Source of the DNA: an uncultured Allomuricauda sp.
Lineage (GTDB): Bacteria > Bacteroidota > Bacteroidia > Flavobacteriales > Flavobacteriaceae
NCBI GenBank assembly: GCA_947495325.1
Contig: CANLYK010000005.1
Location: 79,894-143,893, forward strand
Reading direction: 5' to 3'
DNA: 64,000 bases
Positions within the stretch are counted from its first letter, which is position 1. Every line of letters begins with the position of its first letter. The translations under genes and the position numbers were made by a program. Positions 38,083 through 47,106 of the stretch are shown piece by piece. Below the pieces are notes generated by a model, which was given only the letters and a program-made list of their open reading frames with translations, made no database searches and was not told where the DNA came from.

Positions 38083-41000
38083 TTAATAGGTTAATTTTAA
38101 ACCGAATAAGACTGTTTTTACAGCATATGTCATATTGTAGGAATTCTGAAGACCAGTTTCTGGATCAGGACCCAAGTAATCTGTAAACGTAAACGGATTT
38201 TGAACATCTAAAGACAGTCGCAAGTTTGACACTTTTAATTTTTCCAAAAGATCTTGTGGAAATTGATATCCTAGACCAATATTTGCAACACGCACAAAAG
38301 ATAAGTCTTCATAGGTCCATCCAGTTCCTCCATAGTCAGGGGATGTGAAGGTTCCGCCTGGATTATTAGGTGTCCAATAATCTATATCCAAGCTATTGAA
38401 TGTTGCACGATCCGCAGCTGGTGCAAAATTTTGTAGAAATTCAGAATGCCCATAAGCACCTTGTCTGGTATTTACCTGAACATTAAGCTCCAAATTTTTA
38501 TAATTAAAGGTATTGGTCATACCTGCAATCCAATCAGGAGAGTTTTGGCCTAACACTACCTTGTCATCTTGGTCAATAACACCATCATTATCTTGATCTA
38601 CAAACTTGTATTGTCCAGGACGATAACCGTAAGAGTTTGCCTCTGCAGCTTCATCCACTTGCCAAATTCCTTCAACTGCATAATTCCAAATAGCATCAAC
38701 TGGAGCGCCAATTTTTAAGACCCCGTGGTTTCCAAAAGGAATTTCATCTAAATCACCATCAATTTCCAAAATTTCATTCGTGTTTTTGGTGAAATTGATG
38801 CTAGTACGCCATGTAAAATCATTGGTTCTTACATTAATTGTGTTCAGCGTAAGTTCTACCCCACTATTACGAACTGATCCAAAATTACCAAGAGCTGTAT
38901 CGTAACCGGTAATATCAGATAATGCTCTACCAAGAATACTACCTTCAGTAGTTTTGTTGTAGTATTCAAAGCCTGCACTTAATCTGTTATCCAAAATAGA
39001 GAAATCCAATCCAAAGTTATATTCTTTGGAAACTTCCCACGTTAAATCTGCATTTGGTAAACCATCAACTATTTTTCCTACAGTTGAATCATCCCCGAAT
39101 ATGTAATTGGAAGCTCCTAAAAATGCTAATGAACTATAAGCACCTATGGTACTGTCATTACCAGCTTCTCCATAACTTAAACGAAGTTTTAGGTTGTTCA
39201 GCCAATCTACGTCTTGCAAAAATTCTTCTTCGCTAGCTCGCCAAGCAAAAGCTGCGGATGGAAAGAAGTTCCACTTATTTCCGGCAGAGAGTTTAGAAGA
39301 ACCATCATATCTTCCAGTAAAAGTAAATAGGTATCTATCTTTAAAAGTATAGTTTAAACGACCGGCAAAAGAGGCCAAGGTCTGTTTTGAATAAAAACTA
39401 CCATAGTCATTAGGAACGTCTCCTCCTCCTTGAGTATTGAAGAAAAGATAAGCATCCGTATCAAAATTCCGAACCTGAATATCACTACCTTCCAAATTAT
39501 TATAGTACAATGAAGTAATCAACGTAGTTTTCAGATTATGATCATCGGCCAAATCAAAATCAAAATCCAATATGTTATCCCAAGTATATGAAGTGTTGAA
39601 ATCTGATTCATAATATGATCGTATACGACTTGGGTCGTTACGTGAAGACTTTGTCAACAATCCACGATATTCCCCAAAACGTTGGGCATTGATATTTGGA
39701 GCAAATTGTGTTTTAAAATTAATCCAATCGGTAGGCTTATAGTTTAAAAATACATTAGCAATAACATCTAATGATCTGTTATTTACGCGCCAAGCTCCAT
39801 CAGCATCATAAATTGGATTAACAAAGCGTAAATCTTGGTCATCAGGAAATAAAATAGGGTCTCCATTAACATCGTTTGGATTTACAGTAGGTGCCAATCG
39901 TAAAGAACTTCGAAATAGTTCTCTACTACCTTGTTCACGTTCCGATAGTGCCAAATAAGCTTTGATGCCTACCGTAAGTTTATCTGAAACCCTTTTTGAT
40001 ATGGAAGCACTCAAATTATAACGCTCAAACTCTTCAATGCCCATTACACCTTCATCATGCAAATACCCCAGTGATCCGTTATAGACTAAACCATTACTGC
40101 CACCAGACATACCTACAGTATGACTAGTCTGAACTCCTGTTTGTCTGAACAGGTCCATCCAATCGGTATATCTCCCATTGGCAACATTGCTCGCCTCCTC
40201 GTTTGAAATTTGAAATTCCGTTGAACGGTCTATAACTACATTGTTATAATCGTCTACGGTTCCAGTACCTGCCCATGCTCTTGCCCTTAATACGTCATCT
40301 ACAAAATTAACATATTCAGGACCGTTAAATAAGTCTGGGATATTAGTGGCAGAACGCAAACCAAATGAAGCATCATATGTAAAAACAGTTTTACCTTCAA
40401 TACCATTCTTGGTCGTTATAATGACAACCCCATTTGCACCACGTGATCCATAAATTGCAGTAGCAGAAGCATCTTTTAAAATATCCATTTGTTGAATATC
40501 GGCCGGATTCAATACATTAATATCCTCAAAGAAAATACCATCTACCACATATAAAGGTTTTGAAAGGTCATCGCTAAGATTATCACTAATACCATCACGC
40601 CCGGCATTGGTATTTGTAATTACTGTATTTCCCCTTATTTTTATGGAAAGTGGCGCTCCAGGTTTGGAGCTTAAGGCTCGTACATCAACACCAGCTACTC
40701 TACCTTGTATCGCTTGTCCAATGTCTGTCTTTCGCTGTTCGGTTAATGTTTCGTTGCTTACTGATGCAACAGCTCCGGTAAGGTCACTTTTCTTTACAGA
40801 GCCATAACCTATGACCACCACTTCATCAAGACCGGTTGATGAGGTTGTTAATTGTACGGAATAGTTTGAAGAGCCGTCCAGAACAATTTCTTTGGTTTCG
40901 AAACCGATATATGACACTACAATAGTAGCATCACTACCTGATACGGAAATACTAAAATTTCCATCAAAATCAGTTACGACTCCATTAGTGGTTCCTTTTT

Positions 41001-41127
41001 CTTGCACATTGGCTCCTGGTAATGGTACGTTTTGATCGTCAACCACAACTCCAGTAATTTGGGTTTGGGCTAAAGAACCAGACGAAACCGCGAATACCAA
41101 TGTCAGTATTAAAAGTTTCAATTTCAT
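38083..41127 (-). CDS. susC: SusC/RagA-family TonB-dependent outer-membrane transporter
   Basis: 1014 aa with a signal peptide. It has a carboxypeptidase-regulatory-like domain (ITGVVVDDQNVPLPGANVQ), a plug (LDEVVVIGYGSVKKSDLTGAV, IKIRG) and a barrel ending in GLKLTY. There is no STN/anti-sigma extension. Confidence 0.93.
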   Translation of the reverse strand: MKLKLLILTLVFAVSSGSLAQTQITGVVVDDQNVPLPGANVQEKGTTNGVVTDFDGNFSISVSGSDATIVVSYIGFETKEIVLDGSSNYSVQLTTSSTGLDEVVVIGYGSVKKSDLTGAVASVSNETLTEQRKTDIGQAIQGRVAGVDVRALSSKPGAPLSIKIRGNTVITNTNAGRDGISDNLSDDLSKPLYVVDGIFFEDINVLNPADIQQMDILKDASATAIYGSRGANGVVIITTKNGIEGKTVFTYDASFGLRSATNIPDLFNGPEYVNFVDDVLRARAWAGTGTVDDYNNVVIDRSTEFQISNEEASNVANGRYTDWMDLFRQTGVQTSHTVGMSGGSNGLVYNGSLGYLHDEGVMGIEEFERYNLSASISKRVSDKLTVGIKAYLALSEREQGSRELFRSSLRLAPTVNPNDVNGDPILFPDDQDLRFVNPIYDADGAWRVNNRSLDVIANVFLNYKPTDWINFKTQFAPNINAQRFGEYRGLLTKSSRNDPSRIRSYYESDFNTSYTWDNILDFDFDLADDHNLKTTLITSLYYNNLEGSDIQVRNFDTDAYLFFNTQGGGDVPNDYGSFYSKQTLASFAGRLNYTFKDRYLFTFTGRYDGSSKLSAGNKWNFFPSAAFAWRASEEEFLQDVDWLNNLKLRLSYGEAGNDSTIGAYSSLAFLGASNYIFGDDSTVGKIVDGLPNADLTWEVSKEYNFGLDFSILDNRLSAGFEYYNKTTEGSILGRALSDITGYDTALGNFGSVRNSGVELTLNTINVRTNDFTWRTSINFTKNTNEILEIDGDLDEIPFGNHGVLKIGAPVDAIWNYAVEGIWQVDEAAEANSYGYRPGQYKFVDQDNDGVIDQDDKVVLGQNSPDWIAGMTNTFNYKNLELNVQVNTRQGAYGHSEFLQNFAPAADRATFNSLDIDYWTPNNPGGTFTSPDYGGTGWTYEDLSFVRVANIGLGYQFPQDLLEKLKVSNLRLSLDVQNPFTFTDYLGPDPETGLQNSYNMTYAVKTVLFGLKLTY

Positions 41128-41477
41128 AATTATACAGTTATTAGTTTTTGATAAAATTATGTTAACTCCAACTTGAAATGATGGACATATCTTTCGGAAA
41201 TATGGACAAATTGTTTAAGTCATAACAAATAAGCTTGAAAAATATGTATAAGTAACTGTTTATCAATTGATTGAAAGTTATATTTGAATGATAACATAAT
41301 TTTAGGGTTTATTTTAACCATAAACATTACTTAAATTAGCTTGGCATATGTAAAAAACATGGGTAATAAATTTGTTGACCAAATATGAATTAATCCATGT
41401 TTTTGAATGGTTTATCCATTTGTAATATTTAGCATTCAGGTAAGTTTAAAAGTTTATTTATCAACTTATATATAATT

Positions 41478-42866
41478 ATGAAAAATCCTTTTTTTGGTGT
41501 AAAAACGGCGCTAGTTTGTTTGGGGCTATCGATTTTTGGTTGCTCAGAAAATCCTAAGGACAATGCTCCTTGGGTAGATTTATTTGATGGTACTTCTTTA
41601 GAAGGTTGGACCCAAAAAGGTGGCAGTGCATTATATGAGGTTAGGGATGGAACAATAGTAGGTAGTACGGTTCACGATACACCAAATTCTTTTTTGACAT
41701 CCAATAAAATGTATAGCGATTTTATACTTGAATTGGAATTTAAGGTGGATTCTTCTATGAATTCAGGCATACAAATACGAAGCAATAGCTTTCCATATTA
41801 CAGAGATGGCAGGGTACATGGATACCAGGTTGAAATTGATCCTTCCGACCGTGCTTGGAGTGGTGGAATTTATGACGAAGCCAGAAGAGGTTGGTTAAAT
41901 CCATTAACAGATAATCCTGAGGCTCAAAATGCATTTAAACAAAATGATTGGAACCATTATCGCATTGAAGCTATAGGCGATACCATAAAAACATGGGTGA
42001 ACACTATTCCGGCATCACATCTTGTAGACGAGAAAACAGACAGCGGATTTATCTGTCTGCAAGTACACAGTATAGGTCCAAAGAAGAAGGAAGGCACAGA
42101 AATTATATGGAAGAATATTAAGATAATCACGGACAGTGTTTCAAAATACAGTAGAAAAAGTCCTATTTCGCCCATAATCACCAAAAACAAGTTAACCATT
42201 GATGAGAAGAAAAAAGGATGGAAACTATTATGGGATGGAAAAACAACTGATGGATGGAGAGGTGCCAGATTGGATGAGTTTCCAGGCCAAGGTTGGGAAA
42301 TTAAAGATGGTGAACTTACAGTTTTGTCATCTGGTGGTGAAGAGTCAGCTGCTGGTGGCGATATAGTTACCAAAGAATTATACGGCGATTTTGAGTTAAA
42401 AGTGGATTTTAAATTAACGGAGGGAGCAAATAGCGGAATTAAATATTATGTGGATACTGATATTAATAAGGGACCAGGTTCATCAATAGGTTTGGAATAC
42501 CAAATTCTTGATGACCAGCGGCACCCAGATGCCAAACTGGGAAATCATGATGGTAGTAGAACAGTAGCATCATTATATGATTTAATCCAAGCTGATATCA
42601 ATAAACCCATAAACCCCATTGGAGATTGGAATACGGCACATATTATTTCGAAGGACAATCATGTGGAACATTGGCTCAATGGAGCAAAAGTGTTGGAGTA
42701 TGAAAGAAAGAGCGAAGATTATCGGAAACTAGTTTCAGAGAGTAAATATGTAAAATGGCCCAATTTTGGTGAATCCGAAAAGGGACACATATTATTACAA
42801 GATCATGGAGACCATGTATCATTCAAAAATGTAAAAATTCGACCTATCAATAATATAAAAGAGTAA
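41478..42866 (+). CDS. Lipoprotein with two tandem DUF1080 (3-keto-disaccharide hydrolase-like) domains
   Basis: 462 aa with lipobox IFGCS. Two copies of the pattern are present: LFDGTSLEGWTQ...YEVRDGTIVG...GIQIRS...ICLQVHS, and LWDGKTTDGWRG...WEIKDGELTV...GIKYY...ILLQDHG..VSFKNVKI. Confidence 0.85.
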   Translation: MKNPFFGVKTALVCLGLSIFGCSENPKDNAPWVDLFDGTSLEGWTQKGGSALYEVRDGTIVGSTVHDTPNSFLTSNKMYSDFILELEFKVDSSMNSGIQIRSNSFPYYRDGRVHGYQVEIDPSDRAWSGGIYDEARRGWLNPLTDNPEAQNAFKQNDWNHYRIEAIGDTIKTWVNTIPASHLVDEKTDSGFICLQVHSIGPKKKEGTEIIWKNIKIITDSVSKYSRKSPISPIITKNKLTIDEKKKGWKLLWDGKTTDGWRGARLDEFPGQGWEIKDGELTVLSSGGEESAAGGDIVTKELYGDFELKVDFKLTEGANSGIKYYVDTDINKGPGSSIGLEYQILDDQRHPDAKLGNHDGSRTVASLYDLIQADINKPINPIGDWNTAHIISKDNHVEHWLNGAKVLEYERKSEDYRKLVSESKYVKWPNFGESEKGHILLQDHGDHVSFKNVKIRPINNIKE

Positions 42867-42871
42867 GCAAT

Positions 42872-44221
42872 ATGAGTTCAAATAGAAGGGAATTTATTAA
42901 GAAAACGGCCATTGGAGCAGTAGGTGTTACACTGGGATCATCTAAGGTTAATGCCATGTCCGCTAAGAGTTATTCAAATATTATAGGTGCTAATGATAGG
43001 ATCAATGTTGCAATCCAGGGGCTGGGAAGAAGATATCAAGCCTTTCTCGGTGCCATTGCGGATAAAAAAAGTAACGTAAAATTACTTTATCTGTGCGATG
43101 TGATGAAAAGTCAGCGAGATAGCGCGGCGGAAGTAGTATCAAAAGCTTTGAGCCATAAGCCTGCTTTAGAAAATGATATCAGAAAAGTAATCAATGATAA
43201 AGATGTTGATGCCATTTTTATGGCAACACCCGATCATTGGCATGCGCCAGGAGCATGTATGGCAATGCAGGCAGGGAAACATGTGTATTTGGAGAAGCCT
43301 TGCAGCCACAATCCCCGAGAAGGTGAATTATTGGTGGCGTATCAAGAGAAATATGGCAGGATTGTTCAGATGGGGAACCAACAACGCTCTTCGGCACAAT
43401 CACAAGAAATTATTAATGATATCCACAACGGGATAATTGGAGATGTCTACAATGCCATTGCATTTTACACCAGTAAAAGAGGACGGGTACCTAATCAAAC
43501 AAAAACAAATCCACCAGAAGGATTAGACTGGGAGTTGTTTCAGGGACCAGCGCCAAGAAGGGAATACACGGATAATACTTGGGATTATAATTGGCATTGG
43601 TACGGTTGGGATTATGGAACTGCAGAAATGGGAAACAATGCTACCCATGAACTGGATATTGCGCGCTGGGCCTTAGATGCGAAATATCCTGAAAGTGTAG
43701 CGGTGAATTCTGGAAAATTCCATTATAAGGATGATGGATGGGAAATGTATGATACAATGGAAGCTACCTTCAAATTTTCAGGAAACAAAACAATTCAATG
43801 GGATGGTAGAAGTAGAAACGGTTATGATAAATATGGAGCAGGAAGGGGAACCATTATCTATGGATCCAAAGGATCCGTTTTTATAGATCGAGATGGGTAT
43901 AAGTTGTTTGATCTGAAAGGTGCAGTAATCAAGGAAAATATTTCCAAAGGCATTGAAGCAGGCAACTCCCTTGGAGGGGGTGGAGGCCTTTCAACAATGC
44001 ATACATTGAATTTCTTTGATGCAATTAGAGGAAAAGCTGAATTAACATCACCAATAGAACAAGGAGCAATTAGTCAAATGCTTACGCATTACGCCAACAT
44101 TGCACATAGAATTGATGATTCCTTTGAAGTTGACGAAAATTCGGGCAGAATATACAATAGAGAGGCAATGAAACTTTGGTCAAGAACGTATGAGCCCGGT
44201 TGGGAAATTAAACCGGTATAG
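42872..44221 (+). CDS. TAT-exported Gfo/Idh/MocA-family NAD(P)-dependent oxidoreductase (possibly GH109-like)
   Basis: 449 aa with a twin-arginine signal SNRREFIKKTAIGAVGVTLGSSKVNA, Rossmann IGANDRINVAIQGLGRR, and the GFO signature EKP in HVYLEKP. Confidence 0.85.
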   Translation: MSSNRREFIKKTAIGAVGVTLGSSKVNAMSAKSYSNIIGANDRINVAIQGLGRRYQAFLGAIADKKSNVKLLYLCDVMKSQRDSAAEVVSKALSHKPALENDIRKVINDKDVDAIFMATPDHWHAPGACMAMQAGKHVYLEKPCSHNPREGELLVAYQEKYGRIVQMGNQQRSSAQSQEIINDIHNGIIGDVYNAIAFYTSKRGRVPNQTKTNPPEGLDWELFQGPAPRREYTDNTWDYNWHWYGWDYGTAEMGNNATHELDIARWALDAKYPESVAVNSGKFHYKDDGWEMYDTMEATFKFSGNKTIQWDGRSRNGYDKYGAGRGTIIYGSKGSVFIDRDGYKLFDLKGAVIKENISKGIEAGNSLGGGGGLSTMHTLNFFDAIRGKAELTSPIEQGAISQMLTHYANIAHRIDDSFEVDENSGRIYNREAMKLWSRTYEPGWEIKPV

Positions 44222-44269
44222 TTATTGATAAACTTCTTACTTTTAACAATCTCATTTATTAAGTAGTAC

Positions 44270-45460
44270 ATGAAAAGGAGAGATTTTGTTGCCACAACCG
44301 GTATTGCTGCTGGTTCAGCTTTATTTTCGACTAGTGTTTTGGGACAGTTGTCCAAGCTTTCAAATGCAAATGATACGTTGCAAATCGGTGTAATTGGAAC
44401 AGGAGATAGAGGTAATGGGTTGATACCCTTACTCAATAAAATTAAAAATGTTGAGGTCGTTGCTTGTTGTGATGTTCTTCCCTTTCGTCTTGAAAAGGGG
44501 ATTTCCTCAGTTAGCGGGAAGGCCACTGCTTATAAAGATTATAGAAAATTACTGGACAATAAGGATGTGGATGCCGTGCTCATAGCCACACCTTTTAGTA
44601 CGCATTCTAAAATTGCGATTGATGCCATTGATGCTAGAAAGCATGTATTTTGTGAGAAGACCATGGCCAAGGGTTATGGAAGTATAAAAGATTTGGTTGC
44701 CAAAGAAGAAGCTTCAAATGTTGTTTTCCAAACAGGACATCAATACCATAGTTCCAAACTTTATGTACACGTTGTAGACCTTATAAAAAAGGGAAAAATA
44801 GGGAAGATTCAAGCTTTTGAATGTCAGTGGAACCGTAATGGGAATTGGAGACGTTCCGTACCAAGTCCAGAATTGGAGCGAGTTGTAAACTGGAGAATGT
44901 ACCGAGAATTTTCAGGGGGTCTTTTGGCTGAATTATGTTCGCACCAAATAGATTTTGTGAACTGGGTTTTGGAGGCACTTCCGGATACCGTGATGGGTGT
45001 AGGAGGTGTTGATTATTGGAAAGATGGTAGGGAAACCTATGATAATATTCATTTAATCTATAGCTATCCTAATGGAGTTAAGGCAAAATTCACATGTCTT
45101 ACCGGTAATGCCAAAGACGATTATAAAATAAGAGTTTTTGGAGACAAGGGAACTATTATCCTGGATTATGCAAAAGCCTGGTTTTACCCCGAAGGCAAGA
45201 TGAACAAAAAGATGGGTGAAGTAGACGGTGTTTCAGGGGCCACCATTGGTTGGGACGAAGGAAAGGGAATACCCATTAATGTAGAACACACAGAGCCTAC
45301 AGAACAGGCATTGATTGATTTTAGGGATAATATTGTGCAATCCAAAATACCAATTTCCAATGTCAAGACAGGTGCCAATGCGGCTTTATGCGTTCAAATG
45401 GGACTTGATGCTATGTACAATCAAAAAATCATTCATCGCAAGGATATTGAAGGACTGTAA
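44270..45460 (+). CDS. TAT-exported Gfo/Idh/MocA-family oxidoreductase (second, divergent copy)
   Basis: 396 aa with a twin-arginine signal MKRRDFVATTGIAAGSALF, Rossmann LQIGVIGTGDRG, and HVFCEKT. Confidence 0.85.
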   Translation: MKRRDFVATTGIAAGSALFSTSVLGQLSKLSNANDTLQIGVIGTGDRGNGLIPLLNKIKNVEVVACCDVLPFRLEKGISSVSGKATAYKDYRKLLDNKDVDAVLIATPFSTHSKIAIDAIDARKHVFCEKTMAKGYGSIKDLVAKEEASNVVFQTGHQYHSSKLYVHVVDLIKKGKIGKIQAFECQWNRNGNWRRSVPSPELERVVNWRMYREFSGGLLAELCSHQIDFVNWVLEALPDTVMGVGGVDYWKDGRETYDNIHLIYSYPNGVKAKFTCLTGNAKDDYKIRVFGDKGTIILDYAKAWFYPEGKMNKKMGEVDGVSGATIGWDEGKGIPINVEHTEPTEQALIDFRDNIVQSKIPISNVKTGANAALCVQMGLDAMYNQKIIHRKDIEGL

Positions 45461-45467
45461 AAACCAA

Positions 45468-46139
45468 TTACTGATTCTTATATCGATAAAGAAATGGCCC
45501 GCCTTTTATCCCGGATTTTTTTTCACCCGTATTCAGTAGAATATCCATTTGAAATATCCGCTTTCTAAAATTGCGCTTGTCCAATTGTAGCCCAAGAATA
45601 TTTTCATATAAATTTTGCAATTCGGGCAAAGTGAATTTTTCAGGGAGCAATTTGCCAACGATAAGCCTATCCTTCAAATTGTTTTTAAGAAAACTGTGGG
45701 CATCATGTATAATCTGTCTATGGTCAAAACCCATTTTTTCGGGAATATTATCAATGTCGAACCAAGAAATTTCCTCAACATTACTTTTTAGTGTCAAAGG
45801 ATGGTTTTCTGGTTGTACCAAAGCATAGTACGATACTGTTATAACCCTTTTCAAAGGATGTCGGTCAGGAGAGGTATAAACTTTGACTTGTTCAAAATGA
45901 ATTTCCCTAAATCCGGTGAGGGAAAACAGTACTTTGTTGGCACAGCCTTCCAATGTTTCTTCTTTTTCCATTGCTCCTCCCGGTAGCATCCAATGGTTTG
46001 TATACCCACCTACAGAGCGTTTTGTAAGTAAAATTTTCAATTTGTTGTCCAGATATCCAAATACGGCAATATCTGCAGTCACAGAACATTCAAATGAATC
46101 CGGTCTAACCTGAAAATTGTGGAGTTGTTTCTTTTTCAT
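45468..46139 (-). CDS. NrtR-like transcriptional regulator: degenerate Nudix domain plus C-terminal winged-helix
   Basis: 223 aa. The Nudix-box region GGAMEKEETLEGCANKVLFSLTG lacks the REx2EE catalytic glutamates. The C-terminal part (FTLPELQNLYENILGLQLDKRNFRKRI) resembles the NrtR/AraR wHTH. It is divergent from uxuB. Confidence 0.7.
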   Translation of the reverse strand: MKKKQLHNFQVRPDSFECSVTADIAVFGYLDNKLKILLTKRSVGGYTNHWMLPGGAMEKEETLEGCANKVLFSLTGFREIHFEQVKVYTSPDRHPLKRVITVSYYALVQPENHPLTLKSNVEEISWFDIDNIPEKMGFDHRQIIHDAHSFLKNNLKDRLIVGKLLPEKFTLPELQNLYENILGLQLDKRNFRKRIFQMDILLNTGEKKSGIKGGPFLYRYKNQ

Positions 46140-46203
46140 TGAGGGTGAAAATAGTAATGATTTTTTAATTTGTCGATTGACAATAAAAACCTTAATTTAG
46201 TAA

Positions 46204-46222
46204 CTGTGTATAAAGTACACAG
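46204..46222. promoter_or_regulatory. Candidate operator palindrome in the regulator/uxuB divergent intergenic region
   Basis: CTGTGTA-taaag-TACACAG is a perfect 7-bp inverted repeat, 54 nt upstream of the uxuB ATG. Weaker inverted repeats flank it: TTGTC-gatt-GACAA (46170-46183) and TAATAATT-n8-AATTATTA (46225-46248). Confidence 0.4.
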
Positions 46223-46275
46223 AATAATAATTACAGCAAAAATTATTACTGAATTTTTACTTGAAAAATCAAAAC

Positions 46276-47097
46276 ATGGAAAACAATTTATTTGATATTT
46301 CATCAAAGGTTATATTGATTACCGGCGGAGGAGGCGTTCTTGGCGGCAGCATGGCAGAATATTTATTGGGCAACGGTGCAACCGTGGTCATTTTGGATTA
46401 CAAGCAGGACATTGTGGATGCTGCAGTGGATAGACTTAAAAAAGTTAGCGACAAGGTATCTGGTTTTGTGTGTAATGCGTTAGAGGAGGAGAGCCTTCAA
46501 TCTGTTTCCGATGCCCTTGTCAAGGAAAATGGCAGAATAGATGTGTTGATCAATGCAGCCGGAGGAAATATGCCTGGAGCAACCATCGGTGTGGATCAGT
46601 CAATTTTTGATGTTAATATTGAACATTTCAAAAAAGTTGTCGATTTAAACCTATTTGGCTCCATTCTTCCCTCATTGATATTTGGAAAAGAAATGGTGAA
46701 GCAAAAAAAGGGGGTGGTTATCAATATTTCGTCAATGACGGCCCAAAGTGCAATTACACGGGTAGTGGGCTACTCAGCTTCAAAAGCAGCCATAGACAAC
46801 TATACCAAATGGCTAGCAGTTGAATTGGCTTTGAAATTTGGGGAAGGACTACGTGTGAATGCCATTGCACCAGGGTTTTTTATTGGAAATCAGAATAGAG
46901 ATTTATTAATTAATAAGGAGGACGGTTCATATACTGAAAGAGGTGATACAATTATTAGGAATACACCTATGAAACGTTTTGGGGAGGCGGATGAATTGAA
47001 TGGGTCAATTCACTATTTATGTTCGGATGCTTCAAAATTTGTAACAGGAACTGTGCTTCCAATTGATGGAGGTTTTAGTGCATTTAGTGGAGTATAA
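46276..47097 (+). CDS. uxuB: SDR-type D-mannonate oxidoreductase (fructuronate reductase)
   Basis: About 273 aa from the ATG at 46276 (the ORF track uses TTG at 46261). It has ITGGGGVLGG and YSASKAA (YxxxK) and lies immediately upstream of uxuA/uxaC, as in other Bacteroidota. Confidence 0.75.
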   Translation: MENNLFDISSKVILITGGGGVLGGSMAEYLLGNGATVVILDYKQDIVDAAVDRLKKVSDKVSGFVCNALEEESLQSVSDALVKENGRIDVLINAAGGNMPGATIGVDQSIFDVNIEHFKKVVDLNLFGSILPSLIFGKEMVKQKKGVVINISSMTAQSAITRVVGYSASKAAIDNYTKWLAVELALKFGEGLRVNAIAPGFFIGNQNRDLLINKEDGSYTERGDTIIRNTPMKRFGEADELNGSIHYLCSDASKFVTGTVLPIDGGFSAFSGV

Positions 47098-47106
47098 AAG
47101 AGTGGT

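Noticed and set aside
41957-42373. 138-aa minus-strand ORF inside the tandem-DUF1080 gene. Similar antisense ORFs occur at 11514-11927, 30887-31285, 4797-5174, 1426-1743 and 53104-53433.
   Set aside because: All are antisense to ORFs with strong family signatures. They lack start context and have Pro/Ser-rich or otherwise odd composition, so I treat them as frame shadows.
44089-44526. 145-aa minus-strand ORF bridging the two Gfo/Idh/MocA genes
   Set aside because: It overlaps the 3' end of one well-supported gene and the TAT signal region of the next. It has no motif support.
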